From a virus, in the IMG/VR virus record IMGVR_UViG_3300050014_000073, positions 1-64,000 of that record: 64,000 nucleotides of DNA. The stretch is one strand, 5' to 3'. Positions 8,763 through 18,511 of this stretch are shown piece after piece (the stretch's first letter is position 1; each line of letters opens with the position of its first letter). The position numbers and the translations under genes are program-made. The notes below the pieces were generated by a model that made no database searches, was not told the DNA's origin, and saw nothing but the letters and a program-made list of their open reading frames with translations.

Positions 8763-9752
8763 TCACTGTCTAGCTCCGTAACGTGAACATATCTGATAGA
8801 GTTCAGCGTGTAGCCAATGAACCCACATCGCGTCATCGTAAGGAGGCGAGCAAAGCTCTAACAAACATTTCGCTGCCCGGGCTTGCCCTACTGGAGTGGG
8901 CTCCTTGACGAGAATCCCCTTGAGCCATCCTGCCATACAAGCGCGAAGAAAGCGGCTGTCTTCTGGAGTTGTGTCTTTCAGAAGAGTGCAGGTCTCTTTC
9001 CAGTTCCCGGAAGTCACTGCTCGACAAAGCCGGAACGTGTCAACCGAAGATCCGTCAGCTCCAGCAGCAGCATCACTTGCTGTTGCACCAGCAGCGTACT
9101 TCTCGAGAGCTTGAAGCAGAAGCCCTGGAGCGCTGACGCGCATGATATGAACAGCTTCAATTAAAGGATCAAGAGCACGAGTCACTTCAGCTTTGGCTGC
9201 ATACTTCTTAAGAAAGTTCTCAGTGTCTGTAATTCCAAGAGTCTTCAACTGGTACTTCGTGCAGCGCCGGATGCTTGCTACAGGAACTTTCCGTATCTCA
9301 GACGTGCAGAGAATCCAGACGGTGAATTCAGGAGGCTCCTCCATAGGAGTCAAGATGGCATTCCAAGCCTGTTTACTCAGACCGTGGCATTCGTCGAGTA
9401 TGATAATGCGCTTCATCCCAGTGATAGGACGGTGCTGGCTTAGTTCGGCGATCTTCTCGAGTTCGTCTACTCCGGAATGCTCTGATGCATTGATCTCGTG
9501 AATTGGGAAGTTGGAGAAATTCTTCCAGCAGTCTTCACAAGGGTCACCCCAGAGTTTCATGTGGGAGCACTGGAATGCAAGCGCAATAATACGTGCCAAT
9601 GTTGTTTTCCCTGATCCGGATTCACCGTAGAACAACCAGGTTCTTGGTGGGCGTTTTGCCATGTGCTGCCGGATCGCGGAAACAATTGCCGTCTGCCCGT
9701 ATAGTCCACTTAGAGTTCTCGGGCGCATTGAGAGATTGAGCGTTCTTGGCAT
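8763..9752 (-). CDS. clamp loader, DnaX/RFC-like AAA+ ATPase
   Basis: GESGSGKTT, C-x-PCxxC zinc motif, EINAS, IILDECH, EEPP, SIRRC. Confidence 0.92.
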   Translation of the reverse strand: MPRTLNLSMRPRTLSGLYGQTAIVSAIRQHMAKRPPRTWLFYGESGSGKTTLARIIALAFQCSHMKLWGDPCEDCWKNFSNFPIHEINASEHSGVDELEKIAELSQHRPITGMKRIIILDECHGLSKQAWNAILTPMEEPPEFTVWILCTSEIRKVPVASIRRCTKYQLKTLGITDTENFLKKYAAKAEVTRALDPLIEAVHIMRVSAPGLLLQALEKYAAGATASDAAAGADGSSVDTFRLCRAVTSGNWKETCTLLKDTTPEDSRFLRACMAGWLKGILVKEPTPVGQARAAKCLLELCSPPYDDAMWVHWLHAELYQICSRYGARQ

Positions 9753-9755
9753 GGT

Positions 9756-9968
9756 TTACCAGCGACTAGGATTGCGTGAAGCTTTGATTATGAAAACGAC
9801 GAAGGCTCCTAAACAGATTAAAAGAACTATCCCTGCCGTAATCCAAATCGGCGGCAGAACCCACCACCAAGACCAGTTGATCTTCCCAATTAGCTTCAGC
9901 GTAATGAAAACAATCGTAAGGAGACCGGCAAATCCGATTCCTCCTGAACTGCTACTTGACTCACTCAT
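9756..9968 (-). CDS. small two-TM phage membrane protein
   Basis: SGGIGF...LKLIGKINWSWWWVLxPIW motif. Confidence 0.8.
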   Translation of the reverse strand: MSESSSSSGGIGFAGLLTIVFITLKLIGKINWSWWWVLPPIWITAGIVLLICLGAFVVFIIKASRNPSRW

Positions 9969-9970
9969 TG

Positions 9971-11695
9971 TTACTCTCCTTCCTTCTTCTTGACATCGTC
10001 AGCCGGGACAAATTCTAGCGGTCCGTTGAAAAGTAATCTGTAGCCAATCTCCGAGGATTCTCCTCCACCCGTCTTGTTCTTGAGGCATTTCATGATTCCA
10101 CGAATACCGATCACTTCGCCCTTATCCATAATCTTGCTCCCCGCAACGCGGTGAACTCGAACTCGAACGTGGCTGTAGAACTTTGGGGCATTGCCTCCCG
10201 GTGTATGAGAAGAGTCACCAAACGATGATTTGGGGCCTTCACGAAGCTGGTTGACAAGAATGATAAGTGCATTATGAACTTGCGCACATCCTACCCAACG
10301 CCGAAGAAGCCTCCCCATGAAAAGAGGAAGGTCCATATTCGTTCGCATGTTGGCATCTTCAAGGCCCGTGAGGGATTCACCTTCAGTAAGGAGTGCTGCG
10401 ATGGAGTCTAAGACAACAACTCGTTTCGTATGCCCTTTTTGTTGCATTGACGCTTCGATCTCACTACAGAGCTCTTGAGCAGTCGAGAGCCGAGGATTCT
10501 TCTCTTGGTGAGTCTTCCCGGTCTTCTTGTCAACGTAACTGAACTGACCAACATAGGGCTGAATCAAAGTCAGTTTGGATACATCGAGACCAGCCGTCGT
10601 AGCTTCAGGACCGCCGCAGGAAATGCATTCGGTAAGAATAGCAGGGTCTTTCACTGTTGGACGGGTTCCAGTTCCATTGCAGTGCGGGCACTTTGCCATC
10701 CCACGGACCCTTGCCCAACCGGGATCGAAACTGTTCTCGACGTCACCGTATACAACATGGGCCCCGTCGTATTGAGCAAGAGCCGCGATTGACATCACGA
10801 GGGCCGACTTTCCCTGTGAGTTATGGACCACGACGCCGTTCGCAACGAAGTTGTCGATCCCTGGAACGGTCATGTCGTAGACGTCTTCGTAGCCGTAGAA
10901 TTCCACCTTCTTGACTTTGCCGGATCTTCCTTCTAAGTTCCGTTTTGTTGCGTGGTACGAGAGGTGATCGAAGCAAGTCTTCCATTCGAGGTTGTCGACG
11001 GAATGATTATGGTCGTTCTCGTCTTTATGATGCCCGTCCCATTCATCTGTCGGACGATCACCATAAATCTCTGAAAGAATGAACCGATGCTCCGAAAAAT
11101 TCTCACCGTTGTTCAAATGAATTACAGAATGCCCGTTCGTCAGCTTCCGAAAGAAGGGCATGATGCGATCTCCCGGCTTCAGATCTGAAAGTTTTCGGTA
11201 TCCTTGTGACTCCCAATCGTAAGCGGAACTGTACTTCGATCGAGAGGTTGAACGTTCACGAAGCATGAACGGATGAGAAGCAGTCGCGATAATGAACTCG
11301 GGTTGCTTTCCATAGATACGAACTGAGTTCTTAGGGACTTGGAAGGTTACTTTGTAGACAGGACGCTTTCCTACTTTCCAGACACAAGACGCCTGTCGAA
11401 GTACGATGCGTCCTAACTTCTGATCAAAGCCATACACCCATGGCTTGGTCCCGACAAGGTTTTTGATGGGGATTCCTTTCGGGAATCTATCAAGGTCTCG
11501 CGGACAGTCGATTAAAGTTTCTCCGGCGAGACACTCCCACCCAGAAACTTCGATCATCCTCCCATACGGGATTCCGCGATCCTTGTGTCCTAGAACAGTA
11601 TTCAGTCCGGGGATTTTCGTGTCAAGCCAGAGCTGAGGCGTCCATTTGAGAGTAAGATGCCCCAGAGCTTGCCGTATCCTGTCTAATTCAGTCAT
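9971..11695 (-). CDS. recA: RecA/UvsX-like recombinase containing an intein
   Basis: GIPYGRMIEVSGWE/SQGKS split P-loop, VVLDSIAAL, NQLR, TPGGNAPKFY, KNK. Confidence 0.93.
   Translation of the reverse strand: MTELDRIRQALGHLTLKWTPQLWLDTKIPGLNTVLGHKDRGIPYGRMIEVSGWECLAGETLIDCPRDLDRFPKGIPIKNLVGTKPWVYGFDQKLGRIVLRQASCVWKVGKRPVYKVTFQVPKNSVRIYGKQPEFIIATASHPFMLRERSTSRSKYSSAYDWESQGYRKLSDLKPGDRIMPFFRKLTNGHSVIHLNNGENFSEHRFILSEIYGDRPTDEWDGHHKDENDHNHSVDNLEWKTCFDHLSYHATKRNLEGRSGKVKKVEFYGYEDVYDMTVPGIDNFVANGVVVHNSQGKSALVMSIAALAQYDGAHVVYGDVENSFDPGWARVRGMAKCPHCNGTGTRPTVKDPAILTECISCGGPEATTAGLDVSKLTLIQPYVGQFSYVDKKTGKTHQEKNPRLSTAQELCSEIEASMQQKGHTKRVVVLDSIAALLTEGESLTGLEDANMRTNMDLPLFMGRLLRRWVGCAQVHNALIILVNQLREGPKSSFGDSSHTPGGNAPKFYSHVRVRVHRVAGSKIMDKGEVIGIRGIMKCLKNKTGGGESSEIGYRLLFNGPLEFVPADDVKKKEGE
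10820..11533 (-). mobile_element. intein (238 aa) with HNH homing endonuclease in the RecA Walker A motif
   Basis: Starts CLAGET, block B TASHPF, EHR..HHKDENDHNHSVDNL, ends VYDMTV..NFVANGVVVHN followed by Ser. Confidence 0.93.
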
Positions 11696-11802
11696 TGTTT
11701 GATTTACCTTAAAACGGGTGGGATCTTGCGAACGACCCCACCCTAATTTTATAAACTACCAAGCTGACCCGACCGCGCTGCCCTAGCGATTCGTAACGTT
11801 CG

Positions 11803-12828
11803 CTATCGACGTCTTGCAGGAGTAGCGGGAGCCGGAGCCGTCCGTTTTGGCGGCGTTGCGGTTGGTGCTGCTCTTCGCGTGGGAGGCGGAGGAGAGGCAC
11901 GTCTGCTCGGGGCAGGACGAGCCGGTTCCGGTTCCGGTTCGGGTTCTGGCTCTTGCTCCTCTTCTTCAGCGGGAGGCTCTTCGTCAGGTGCGTACTCTTC
12001 GGGAACCTCCGGATCGGAGGCTTCCTCAAAAGGGGTTTCTTCGTCCTCGACAATCGTTCCTTCACCTGCTTCTTCTACTGCTTCGGTCTCGGATGATTGC
12101 TCCGTCTCTTCCGTAGCTTCGGACTCTGGCTCGGAGTCAGTTGCCTCGTCCTTACGAGGACGGCCGAAATACCGGCTCTTTTGGTCCTCTTCGTCATAAG
12201 CCGGAATGAGACTGTCGAGATCCTTGATTTGAAGCCGGACGCTCAACGGAACCTTGGACGGCGACTCGTCGCCTTCGATTTCGGGATACCGCGTTTTGAG
12301 GCCCTCGCCCGTCCGAGTGATGTTGAGGTTGTACCCCTTGTCAGGATCAACGTAGTCCTTCTTCGAAGAAGTCAGTTTGGAATAGATGCGAACGGCAAGG
12401 CTCCCGCCTCCGCCAGATCCCATCCACCAGGCTTTCGGGGGTTGAAACTTCTGGGTGTTTGGATCGAATCGCGAAGCTTGAACTAGAAGCTTCTCCTGGT
12501 AGCCGATCTTGCCTGCAACGACGCGCTTCTGTGCGTTGCCGCTTGCTTCCAGTTCCGGTATCTTCACGTCGCAGAGCCAACAGCTACCAACACCCGCGAT
12601 GTTCTTTCCGCATCCTGTCATTGCGCTGTCGGGACCGACGTTGCTATGGATTCGAAATTCACGGATGGGTGGATGAATCACACCCTTCGGACCGAGACGC
12701 CCGTCAGGCAAAAAGTCCTTCTTGTCGGGGAGAACACGGATGCAGTTTTCACCTGCTAGCATCTTTAGAGTGTTCCCTTCACTTTTCTCTTTCACACGAT
12801 CGCGACCTTGCGATCTCCAGTCAGCCAT
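11803..12828 (-). CDS. single-stranded DNA-binding protein (gp32-like) with acidic/Pro tail
   Basis: IRVLP, H..C...CxxC, DPDKGYNLNITRTGEGLKTRY. Confidence 0.8.
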   Translation of the reverse strand: MADWRSQGRDRVKEKSEGNTLKMLAGENCIRVLPDKKDFLPDGRLGPKGVIHPPIREFRIHSNVGPDSAMTGCGKNIAGVGSCWLCDVKIPELEASGNAQKRVVAGKIGYQEKLLVQASRFDPNTQKFQPPKAWWMGSGGGGSLAVRIYSKLTSSKKDYVDPDKGYNLNITRTGEGLKTRYPEIEGDESPSKVPLSVRLQIKDLDSLIPAYDEEDQKSRYFGRPRKDEATDSEPESEATEETEQSSETEAVEEAGEGTIVEDEETPFEEASDPEVPEEYAPDEEPPAEEEEQEPEPEPEPEPARPAPSRRASPPPPTRRAAPTATPPKRTAPAPATPARRR

Positions 12829-12836
12829 GGTAGTTA

Positions 12837-13010
12837 TTACTCCTTGTCCTTGTTATCGTTGTCTTTAGAGTTGTCGAAGTTCAACATGCGACGTAGATGT
12901 TGCCGTTTCTCTTCGAAGAATGTTCGTACGGAAATTCTGATGACCGCCGTCACCGCAATCACAACGAGAAGCGGCCCAGCTACGAATTCGATGACGGGAG
13001 TGAGTGCCAT
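12837..13010 (-). CDS. small membrane protein (57 aa, not in ORF track)
   Basis: MALTPVIEFVAGPLLVVIAVTAVIRI..., GGAG RBS, fills operon gap. Confidence 0.6.
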   Translation of the reverse strand: MALTPVIEFVAGPLLVVIAVTAVIRISVRTFFEEKRQHLRRMLNFDNSKDNDNKDKE

Positions 13011-13016
13011 AATTAT

Positions 13017-13505
13017 TTACTCTCCGGGGAAGCGATCTTTCAGTCGGCGGCGGGACTCTTTCGTTTTCTCAGCAGCAGCTTCGATGGATCGCCCCATCGA
13101 ATACTCGGACTGCACCATATTCTCAACAATACGCAAACAGTCTCTCCGCATCCGAAACGCTTCCACAACAAGTTGGGAATAGATATCGAGAGTCTCGGTG
13201 CGAGCCAACTTCTTTGCGAAGTCTTCGACGATTGTGTTGGTGAGAAGCAGTGCGTCAATGTTCCCTTCAGTAAGCTTATTGCCGTTGGCGCGGGCGTCTT
13301 CTCGGATTTTGAGCTCCTTCTCAGCACGAATCTTCTCCCACGCCATTTTCGCTGCTGTCTTGTTTTCGAGGCATTGAAGACGATAGTCTATCGCTGTCAC
13401 GAAGAGGACACTATTTTCAGCAGCTGCTTGTACGACGTTATCGGGAGAGAAGTCAATCTTCTCAAGAAGGACTGAGACGTTGATAGGTTTGCTAACGGGA
13501 TTCAT
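13017..13505 (-). CDS. helical protein, UvsY-like recombination mediator candidate
   Basis: KLTEGNIDA motif, helical, next to SSB and RecA. Confidence 0.55.
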   Translation of the reverse strand: MNPVSKPINVSVLLEKIDFSPDNVVQAAAENSVLFVTAIDYRLQCLENKTAAKMAWEKIRAEKELKIREDARANGNKLTEGNIDALLLTNTIVEDFAKKLARTETLDIYSQLVVEAFRMRRDCLRIVENMVQSEYSMGRSIEAAAEKTKESRRRLKDRFPGE

Positions 13506-13511
13506 AACTGA

Positions 13512-13880
13512 TTATACGGTCTTGCCGTCTTTTCCTTTCGATAGAAAACGTAGTGCGAGCCACTTTCCAATGTAGTCTGCTATCGAACTGACGAAGGGTA
13601 TCTGCGGGTCACCTGTAACTCCCTGAGGTTCGAAATGAAGATTCGTTAACTTCTCAGAAATCTTTTCGAGAGGGACGCCGTACTGAAGCGCCAAGCTGAT
13701 CATAAGAGCCAATGCGTGACAGAGACCTCGTTCAAATGATCCCATTTGTTTGATTACGAGGAATACTTCACCGGGAGTTCCATCTGGCCATAAGCCTACG
13801 GTGATGAAACCTTTCATATTCCCGATTTTGAGCTTCTTCGTAACAGACTCGCGATCTTCGGACATCGGCTTTCGAATCAT
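13512..13880 (-). CDS. stand-alone TSCPD-type domain (C-terminal part of class II ribonucleotide reductase)
   Basis: DGTPGEVF, ISLALQYGVPLE, FEPQG, SSIADYI. Confidence 0.8.
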   Translation of the reverse strand: MIRKPMSEDRESVTKKLKIGNMKGFITVGLWPDGTPGEVFLVIKQMGSFERGLCHALALMISLALQYGVPLEKISEKLTNLHFEPQGVTGDPQIPFVSSIADYIGKWLALRFLSKGKDGKTV

Positions 13881-14138
13881 TCAGTTTGCTCCGTAAACAG
13901 GCTTCCCGTCTTTCATGATCCAGATGGGCGCTCCGTGGACTTCTTTCTCTTCGAACGCAGGCCGGATCTTAACAGGATACTTGGGCTTATATCCTGTCAC
14001 TGTCGCAGGAACGATGAACTTTAGGCAGATATCGTTTGGCTCGGGATCTCTGCTTGAGACATAATGCTGCGTAGGAAGTCCTTTAGCTCTCTGCCTCTCT
14101 CGCCACTGCCGAATACGTTCTTTCCCAGGAGTAGTCAT
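13881..14138 (-). CDS. hypothetical protein
   Basis: ATGA overlap with the polymerase stop. Confidence 0.5.
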   Translation of the reverse strand: MTTPGKERIRQWRERQRAKGLPTQHYVSSRDPEPNDICLKFIVPATVTGYKPKYPVKIRPAFEEKEVHGAPIWIMKDGKPVYGAN

Positions 14139-15049
14139 AATGAAACTACCGGCATCAGGTCGTTCCAATCCTTTGCGTCTATCTCTTTCTGCTTCACACG
14201 CCACTTTGTGAGGAACTCATCTAGAGGCTCGCCTTCGTATTCGATCATGCTTCCCATTGTCATTCCGGCTGTTGCTTCAGCTAGGATAGGAACACGAAGC
14301 TTCAACTTGAACTGCGTTTGGGCGTACTCATAAGCACCAACTTCGAACAAATGCATGAGCTGTTGATGCGCTTTAGCAATATCGCCGAGACGGACAATGA
14401 AATACAACGCATCGTGAACTTCCATGATGCAACGCTGGAGCAGATTATAAGTTCGTGGTTTCAGGTCCAGAAGGGCCAACGCAATGAGAAGGAACTGGTG
14501 AGCCGTTCCTTGAACAGGAGTGTTGATTGCTTGATTCCCCCAGTAGGTACTTCGAGTCGAGTCGTTCTCTCGAATCTCGCGCCGGAATCCGAACAGAGTC
14601 TCTACATAGTGGTTCTTCATAGCGAAGTCTCGCTGGCTATCGATGTAAGCAGCTACTCCACGGTACTTCTTGAAGTAATTGCGATGAAGTTGAATCATTC
14701 GGACTTTAGTGATTCCGGTTAGATCTGCGTTGGCGCCGTCTCTAGCACGTATTCGCGAGACAGTTGAAGGATAGATACTCTCCTCACCAAGACCAAACAC
14801 AATTCCGAAGTGGAGCTCTTTGCACATGCGACGAGTTTTCTTGTCTTTGGCTATACGCTCGAAATCCCATCCTGTGAGAGTATGACCAACTTGGCAGTGG
14901 ATGTCCTTCAACTTATTCTTGCGGTCCAGGGCAGCTTCCTGAAGCTGACGGATGAGTAACGGATCACCAGATATCTCTGCCAAAGCTCTTATCTCTATCT
15001 GGCTTCCATCTGCAGCTAACAAACAAAGAAGATCGGAAACATCTTTCAT
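14135..15049 (-). CDS. family A DNA polymerase, C-terminal catalytic part
   Basis: Motif A DGSQIEIR, motif B RRMCKELHFGIVFG, NTPVQGTA, motif C VHDAL. Confidence 0.92.
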   Translation of the reverse strand: MKDVSDLLCLLAADGSQIEIRALAEISGDPLLIRQLQEAALDRKNKLKDIHCQVGHTLTGWDFERIAKDKKTRRMCKELHFGIVFGLGEESIYPSTVSRIRARDGANADLTGITKVRMIQLHRNYFKKYRGVAAYIDSQRDFAMKNHYVETLFGFRREIRENDSTRSTYWGNQAINTPVQGTAHQFLLIALALLDLKPRTYNLLQRCIMEVHDALYFIVRLGDIAKAHQQLMHLFEVGAYEYAQTQFKLKLRVPILAEATAGMTMGSMIEYEGEPLDEFLTKWRVKQKEIDAKDWNDLMPVVSL

Positions 15050-16824
15050 AGAGCTTGTCTCCAATCCTCGTCTGCGATAAGAAGGTTTTGCAGCAAAATG
15101 TTTCCGTGGAGGTTCTGGAAATTTGTGATCCCCTCGGCTTCGGCACGGTCACCTTTTCCGCTTCGCAGCCTCCCAGTGATTGCGCCTGTGAGCCACCAAA
15201 TTGTACGGAGTTCCCCGTCATAAAGGCGTGCTCCCGTCTCATAACCTTTCAAGAACGTTGATTTAATCACACCTAAAGACCGGCGTTTTAGCACAATGTC
15301 TAAGGTGTTATTCTGCGTCTCGGCTTGAAGCAGACGGAGAACGTCTTTCTGAGTGGATCGGCCTTCATCTCCTTGCGGTAGCTGTAAGACGTCGTAGATC
15401 AACTTAGCAACCTGCTCTGGTGCGTTGCAATTGAAATTTGGATCCCCTGAAATCTGTTGGAGTTGCCGGTCGAGCTTCTCGATCATCTCCGGAACGATCT
15501 CCATAGCTTTCTTCCAATTGGGCCAGTCTAAACGGGGACCCCGAGTCTCCATTCGGTCTAGAGTTTTCCCGGCATGAATATAGACCTCGACAAGAGGCTG
15601 GCTGACTTGTGAAGAGAACCGTTGTTCTAGACGTTGCGTGATGTCACAGTCCCCAGAGTTCCTAAGAGAGAGACGGTCTATTGGTGCGTCGGCGAAATGT
15701 CCGCTCCATTCATCAACCGTACTCTTATAGTCACAAAATTCCGGGAAGAACCGATATGTTAAGTTCTCAAGGCTGCAACTTCTCAGAAAGCTGTAGCGCA
15801 AATATGTTCCGTATTGAGTATCATACGAGTAGCCTCGCAACGGAACACGAATAGTTTCTATACAGACGTCTGAATCGTACGAGCCATTCTGCAACGACTT
15901 TTTCAAGTCATGGTCAGCTACTAGTTTTGCAACTCGCTTCCGGATCTCTGAGAGATGAGTAGGCTCGTATCCTGATTGCGGATGATCAACTACAACTGAG
16001 AAGCATCGTCCCGTCCATGAACTAAAATCCTTTGGGTTCTGGTAATGACCCGTCCCGAATCCTGCGAGGAGTAACAGACGCTTCCCGTCTACGACATCAT
16101 CTTCAATGTCGAAACTGACTCGTCGATGCTGCCGTTGTTCAGTTCGTAGAATGCGTTCCATCTCATCGAACTCAGCGAGAGTCCTGACCGTTGTGTAGTT
16201 TTGTGCTTTGACGTAACCCCACCTCCCTGGATGGTCTAGGATCGCTCTAACAGCACGGAAGCGGTCACGCCAGGTAAAGTACTCCCATCCTGCTTGGACG
16301 CCTCCCTGCTGGTAGATGTAGCTTGGATGCCAGGACAATACAACGTAGCAGTCCCACGGTGGGAACCAAAATATGGGCTTGTCTTTCTTGAAGTTCTTTC
16401 CGAGAAGCTGATTCCCGGCAACGTCTCCAAGTATGACGTGAACAGCAGCACGTCCCGCGTTGAGGCGCAAGGCTTCGTCATTATACGGACTACAACACTG
16501 AAGTTCACGTTTGGTAGGTTCATGCTCTTCACCATCCGTCCCAAGAGGTTGACAGCGAAGGACATTGTTCACATCGAACTCTTCTCGCGAAAGTCCGGAG
16601 AGCTTCATCGTATCCCAAAGAAAAGTTCCTGTCGGTCCAACAAGTTCTATACGCTTCGCGTTCTCGTGGCCATCTGGCGACTGAGCCCATAGGAACCCCT
16701 TTCGTCCCTTAATTCGTTCGAGTCTCTTGACTTTGTTGACTCCAGGCATCTTGTCGAGAGGGCACTGCGAACATCCAAGGATTCCTTCACGAGATACCGG
16801 CTGCTCGAAGAGATTGAAAGGCAT
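15046..16824 (-). CDS. family A DNA polymerase, N-terminal part (UDG-like domain, 3'-5' exonuclease, thumb)
   Basis: CxxCPL, LVGPTG, NVLRCQP, WHPSY (UDG4-like); FDIED, NGSYD, YDTQ exonuclease motifs; TGRLRS..NFQN. Confidence 0.88.
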   Translation of the reverse strand: MPFNLFEQPVSREGILGCSQCPLDKMPGVNKVKRLERIKGRKGFLWAQSPDGHENAKRIELVGPTGTFLWDTMKLSGLSREEFDVNNVLRCQPLGTDGEEHEPTKRELQCCSPYNDEALRLNAGRAAVHVILGDVAGNQLLGKNFKKDKPIFWFPPWDCYVVLSWHPSYIYQQGGVQAGWEYFTWRDRFRAVRAILDHPGRWGYVKAQNYTTVRTLAEFDEMERILRTEQRQHRRVSFDIEDDVVDGKRLLLLAGFGTGHYQNPKDFSSWTGRCFSVVVDHPQSGYEPTHLSEIRKRVAKLVADHDLKKSLQNGSYDSDVCIETIRVPLRGYSYDTQYGTYLRYSFLRSCSLENLTYRFFPEFCDYKSTVDEWSGHFADAPIDRLSLRNSGDCDITQRLEQRFSSQVSQPLVEVYIHAGKTLDRMETRGPRLDWPNWKKAMEIVPEMIEKLDRQLQQISGDPNFNCNAPEQVAKLIYDVLQLPQGDEGRSTQKDVLRLLQAETQNNTLDIVLKRRSLGVIKSTFLKGYETGARLYDGELRTIWWLTGAITGRLRSGKGDRAEAEGITNFQNLHGNILLQNLLIADEDWRQAL

Positions 16825-16828
16825 TTCC

Positions 16829-17887
16829 TTACAAATCTGCTGCGAGAATGACGTTGTTCCGCGTTCCGTCCGTACAACGGAACACGCTGGCATTCGAGGT
16901 CTTAGCGAAAGTGACTTCGCATTCATCGTCGATCCCCGTAACGTATTCGAACCATGACGTAATACGGCGAACGGGCCACTTGACAGAAGCTGGCAGCGGA
17001 GTTCCTGTTTTGACAAGATCAATCGAACGTTGGAACTTGCTCGTATTAAGATCAACTGTCACAGTCAGGACGTTTGCCTTGACTTCGATCTCAGCAGCTT
17101 CGTTTTTGTCTACCAGAAATTGACTTGCTACCTGAAGAGCTTTGAGAAGCTCAGATCCTTTGATGACTGCGACGGCTGGGGATTTGACTCTCTCAGCAAG
17201 AGCATCTTTGCACTTGTCGATGGGGTATCCGGCAAGTTTCACGGACAGTGACTGGTAGACGTATCCGTTGGAGAGATCGACGCCGACGCCCGTCTTGTCA
17301 GCGGCAATCTTCCCGTCGTGACCAACGAGGAACTTTGCTACTTCAGCCGGTAGCATGAAATCGTGTTTGACGAGACTTCCAAGACATGCCATCATGAACA
17401 GCGTGTCCGTGACGAGAACTCCGTATCCAGAGCCAAAATAGACAGCCTCGACGTTTTCAGTTCCAGCCATGTTCGGGAGATACTTCACGGCAGTCTTGAG
17501 AGTGGTCTTCTGGTCGTCAGTCAAATCGAACGAGGCAGCGGGCTTCCAGCTTTCATATCCCGTGACGGGAGTGCGTGCGGCGACTTCGAGACGCTGACCG
17601 GACTTCAGCGTGAGCTTGTCTTTCGCGCAGTAAATCTCGATCTCGGTTCCGGTCGCAGTATCTAAGAACGCTTTCAAAGGGCGGCGGTCTAGGAACGACG
17701 TCCAGGCTCCTTTTCCTTCCGTTCCAGCGGCGTGAGCTTCCGCCCAGAGAGCTCCGGTAAGAGCAAGTGATATACTCTTGCCATCTGACTTCAGTCTAAC
17801 GAATTGACTGGAGTCTAGGACGGGACTTGTCTGAACGGAGTCAACGATCTTGAAAGCAGCTTGTAGGTCTTTGGTAGAGATTTTCAT
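16829..17887 (-). CDS. DNA sliding clamp (beta-clamp-like)
   Basis: 352 aa with DnaN-like alternating strand/helix pattern; adjacent to polymerase; loader present. Confidence 0.7.
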   Translation of the reverse strand: MKISTKDLQAAFKIVDSVQTSPVLDSSQFVRLKSDGKSISLALTGALWAEAHAAGTEGKGAWTSFLDRRPLKAFLDTATGTEIEIYCAKDKLTLKSGQRLEVAARTPVTGYESWKPAASFDLTDDQKTTLKTAVKYLPNMAGTENVEAVYFGSGYGVLVTDTLFMMACLGSLVKHDFMLPAEVAKFLVGHDGKIAADKTGVGVDLSNGYVYQSLSVKLAGYPIDKCKDALAERVKSPAVAVIKGSELLKALQVASQFLVDKNEAAEIEVKANVLTVTVDLNTSKFQRSIDLVKTGTPLPASVKWPVRRITSWFEYVTGIDDECEVTFAKTSNASVFRCTDGTRNNVILAADL

Positions 17888-18067
17888 GAAGTTTTCTCGG
17901 CATAGATCCGTTCTAGGATCTCTTCTTGACGGTCAGATAGGGAACCTGAGTCGTCGAACTGTTCCTGAATGGACTCAACGAAGTTTTTCCTCCCACTTCG
18001 TAAGATTCCGTCCTTCTGACTGGATCTTTTCAATCCAGTCTTTGATATCAGAGGCTTTATGAGTCAC
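17884..18067 (-). pseudogene. small phage protein with +1 frameshift in an A5 run (error or pseudogene)
   Basis: VTHKASDIKDW..LTKWEE / NFVESIQEQFDDSGSLSDRQEEILERIY join if one A at 17984-17988 is removed. Confidence 0.6.
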
Positions 18068-18073
18068 AACTAA

Positions 18074-18511
18074 TTATACGGTTTCGGGCTTTGGTTTCCC
18101 TAGCAGAGCAAGCTGACAGACTTTTGAATCAGGACAGAGAAACTTACACTCATTCGCAGAAGGGTCATATCCTAGCAGCTCAGTTCCATTGAGGAGAATT
18201 GTTGTTGGCTTCCCAAAACAGGAGATAGAGTAAGGAGCTTTCTGCATTGCTACATAGCAGAACGAACAGATCATCGTCTCGAGACGGTATAGACCTGAAA
18301 TGATCTCCTTCCTGGTAAATCTTCTTTGACAGCGTAAGCACTCAAGTGCCTTGCAGTCTTTAGGAAGCTTGCGGGTCTCTAGGATCGCTGCGTCGGGTAA
18401 GGTCCCCAGCCTAGCTGCTATTCCACCTAACGGACGCGTCCTAGCGACCCGTATGCCTCGCCGTAGCTCTTTAGGGATAGGCGTACCGAAAATATTCGCT
18501 CTAGGAAGCAT
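18074..18511 (-). CDS. Cys-rich zinc-binding hypothetical protein
   Basis: CxxC..CxxC and CFG..C..C..C. Confidence 0.65.
   Translation of the reverse strand: MLPRANIFGTPIPKELRRGIRVARTRPLGGIAARLGTLPDAAILETRKLPKDCKALECLRCQRRFTRKEIISGLYRLETMICSFCYVAMQKAPYSISCFGKPTTILLNGTELLGYDPSANECKFLCPDSKVCQLALLGKPKPETV
18372..18453 (-). repeat. dispersed two-box element, copy 2 (inside CDS)
   Basis: TACGGGTCGCTAGG-48 nt-GCAGCGATCCTAGAGACCCG. Confidence 0.6.

Noticed and set aside
3279-11730. Shared 14-mer GGTGGGATCTTGCG at about 3279 and 11717
   Set aside because: Only two copies, in different structural contexts; could be chance
16825-17055. N-terminal extension of the polymerase ORF
   Set aside because: Overlaps the clamp gene; RBS supports start at 16824
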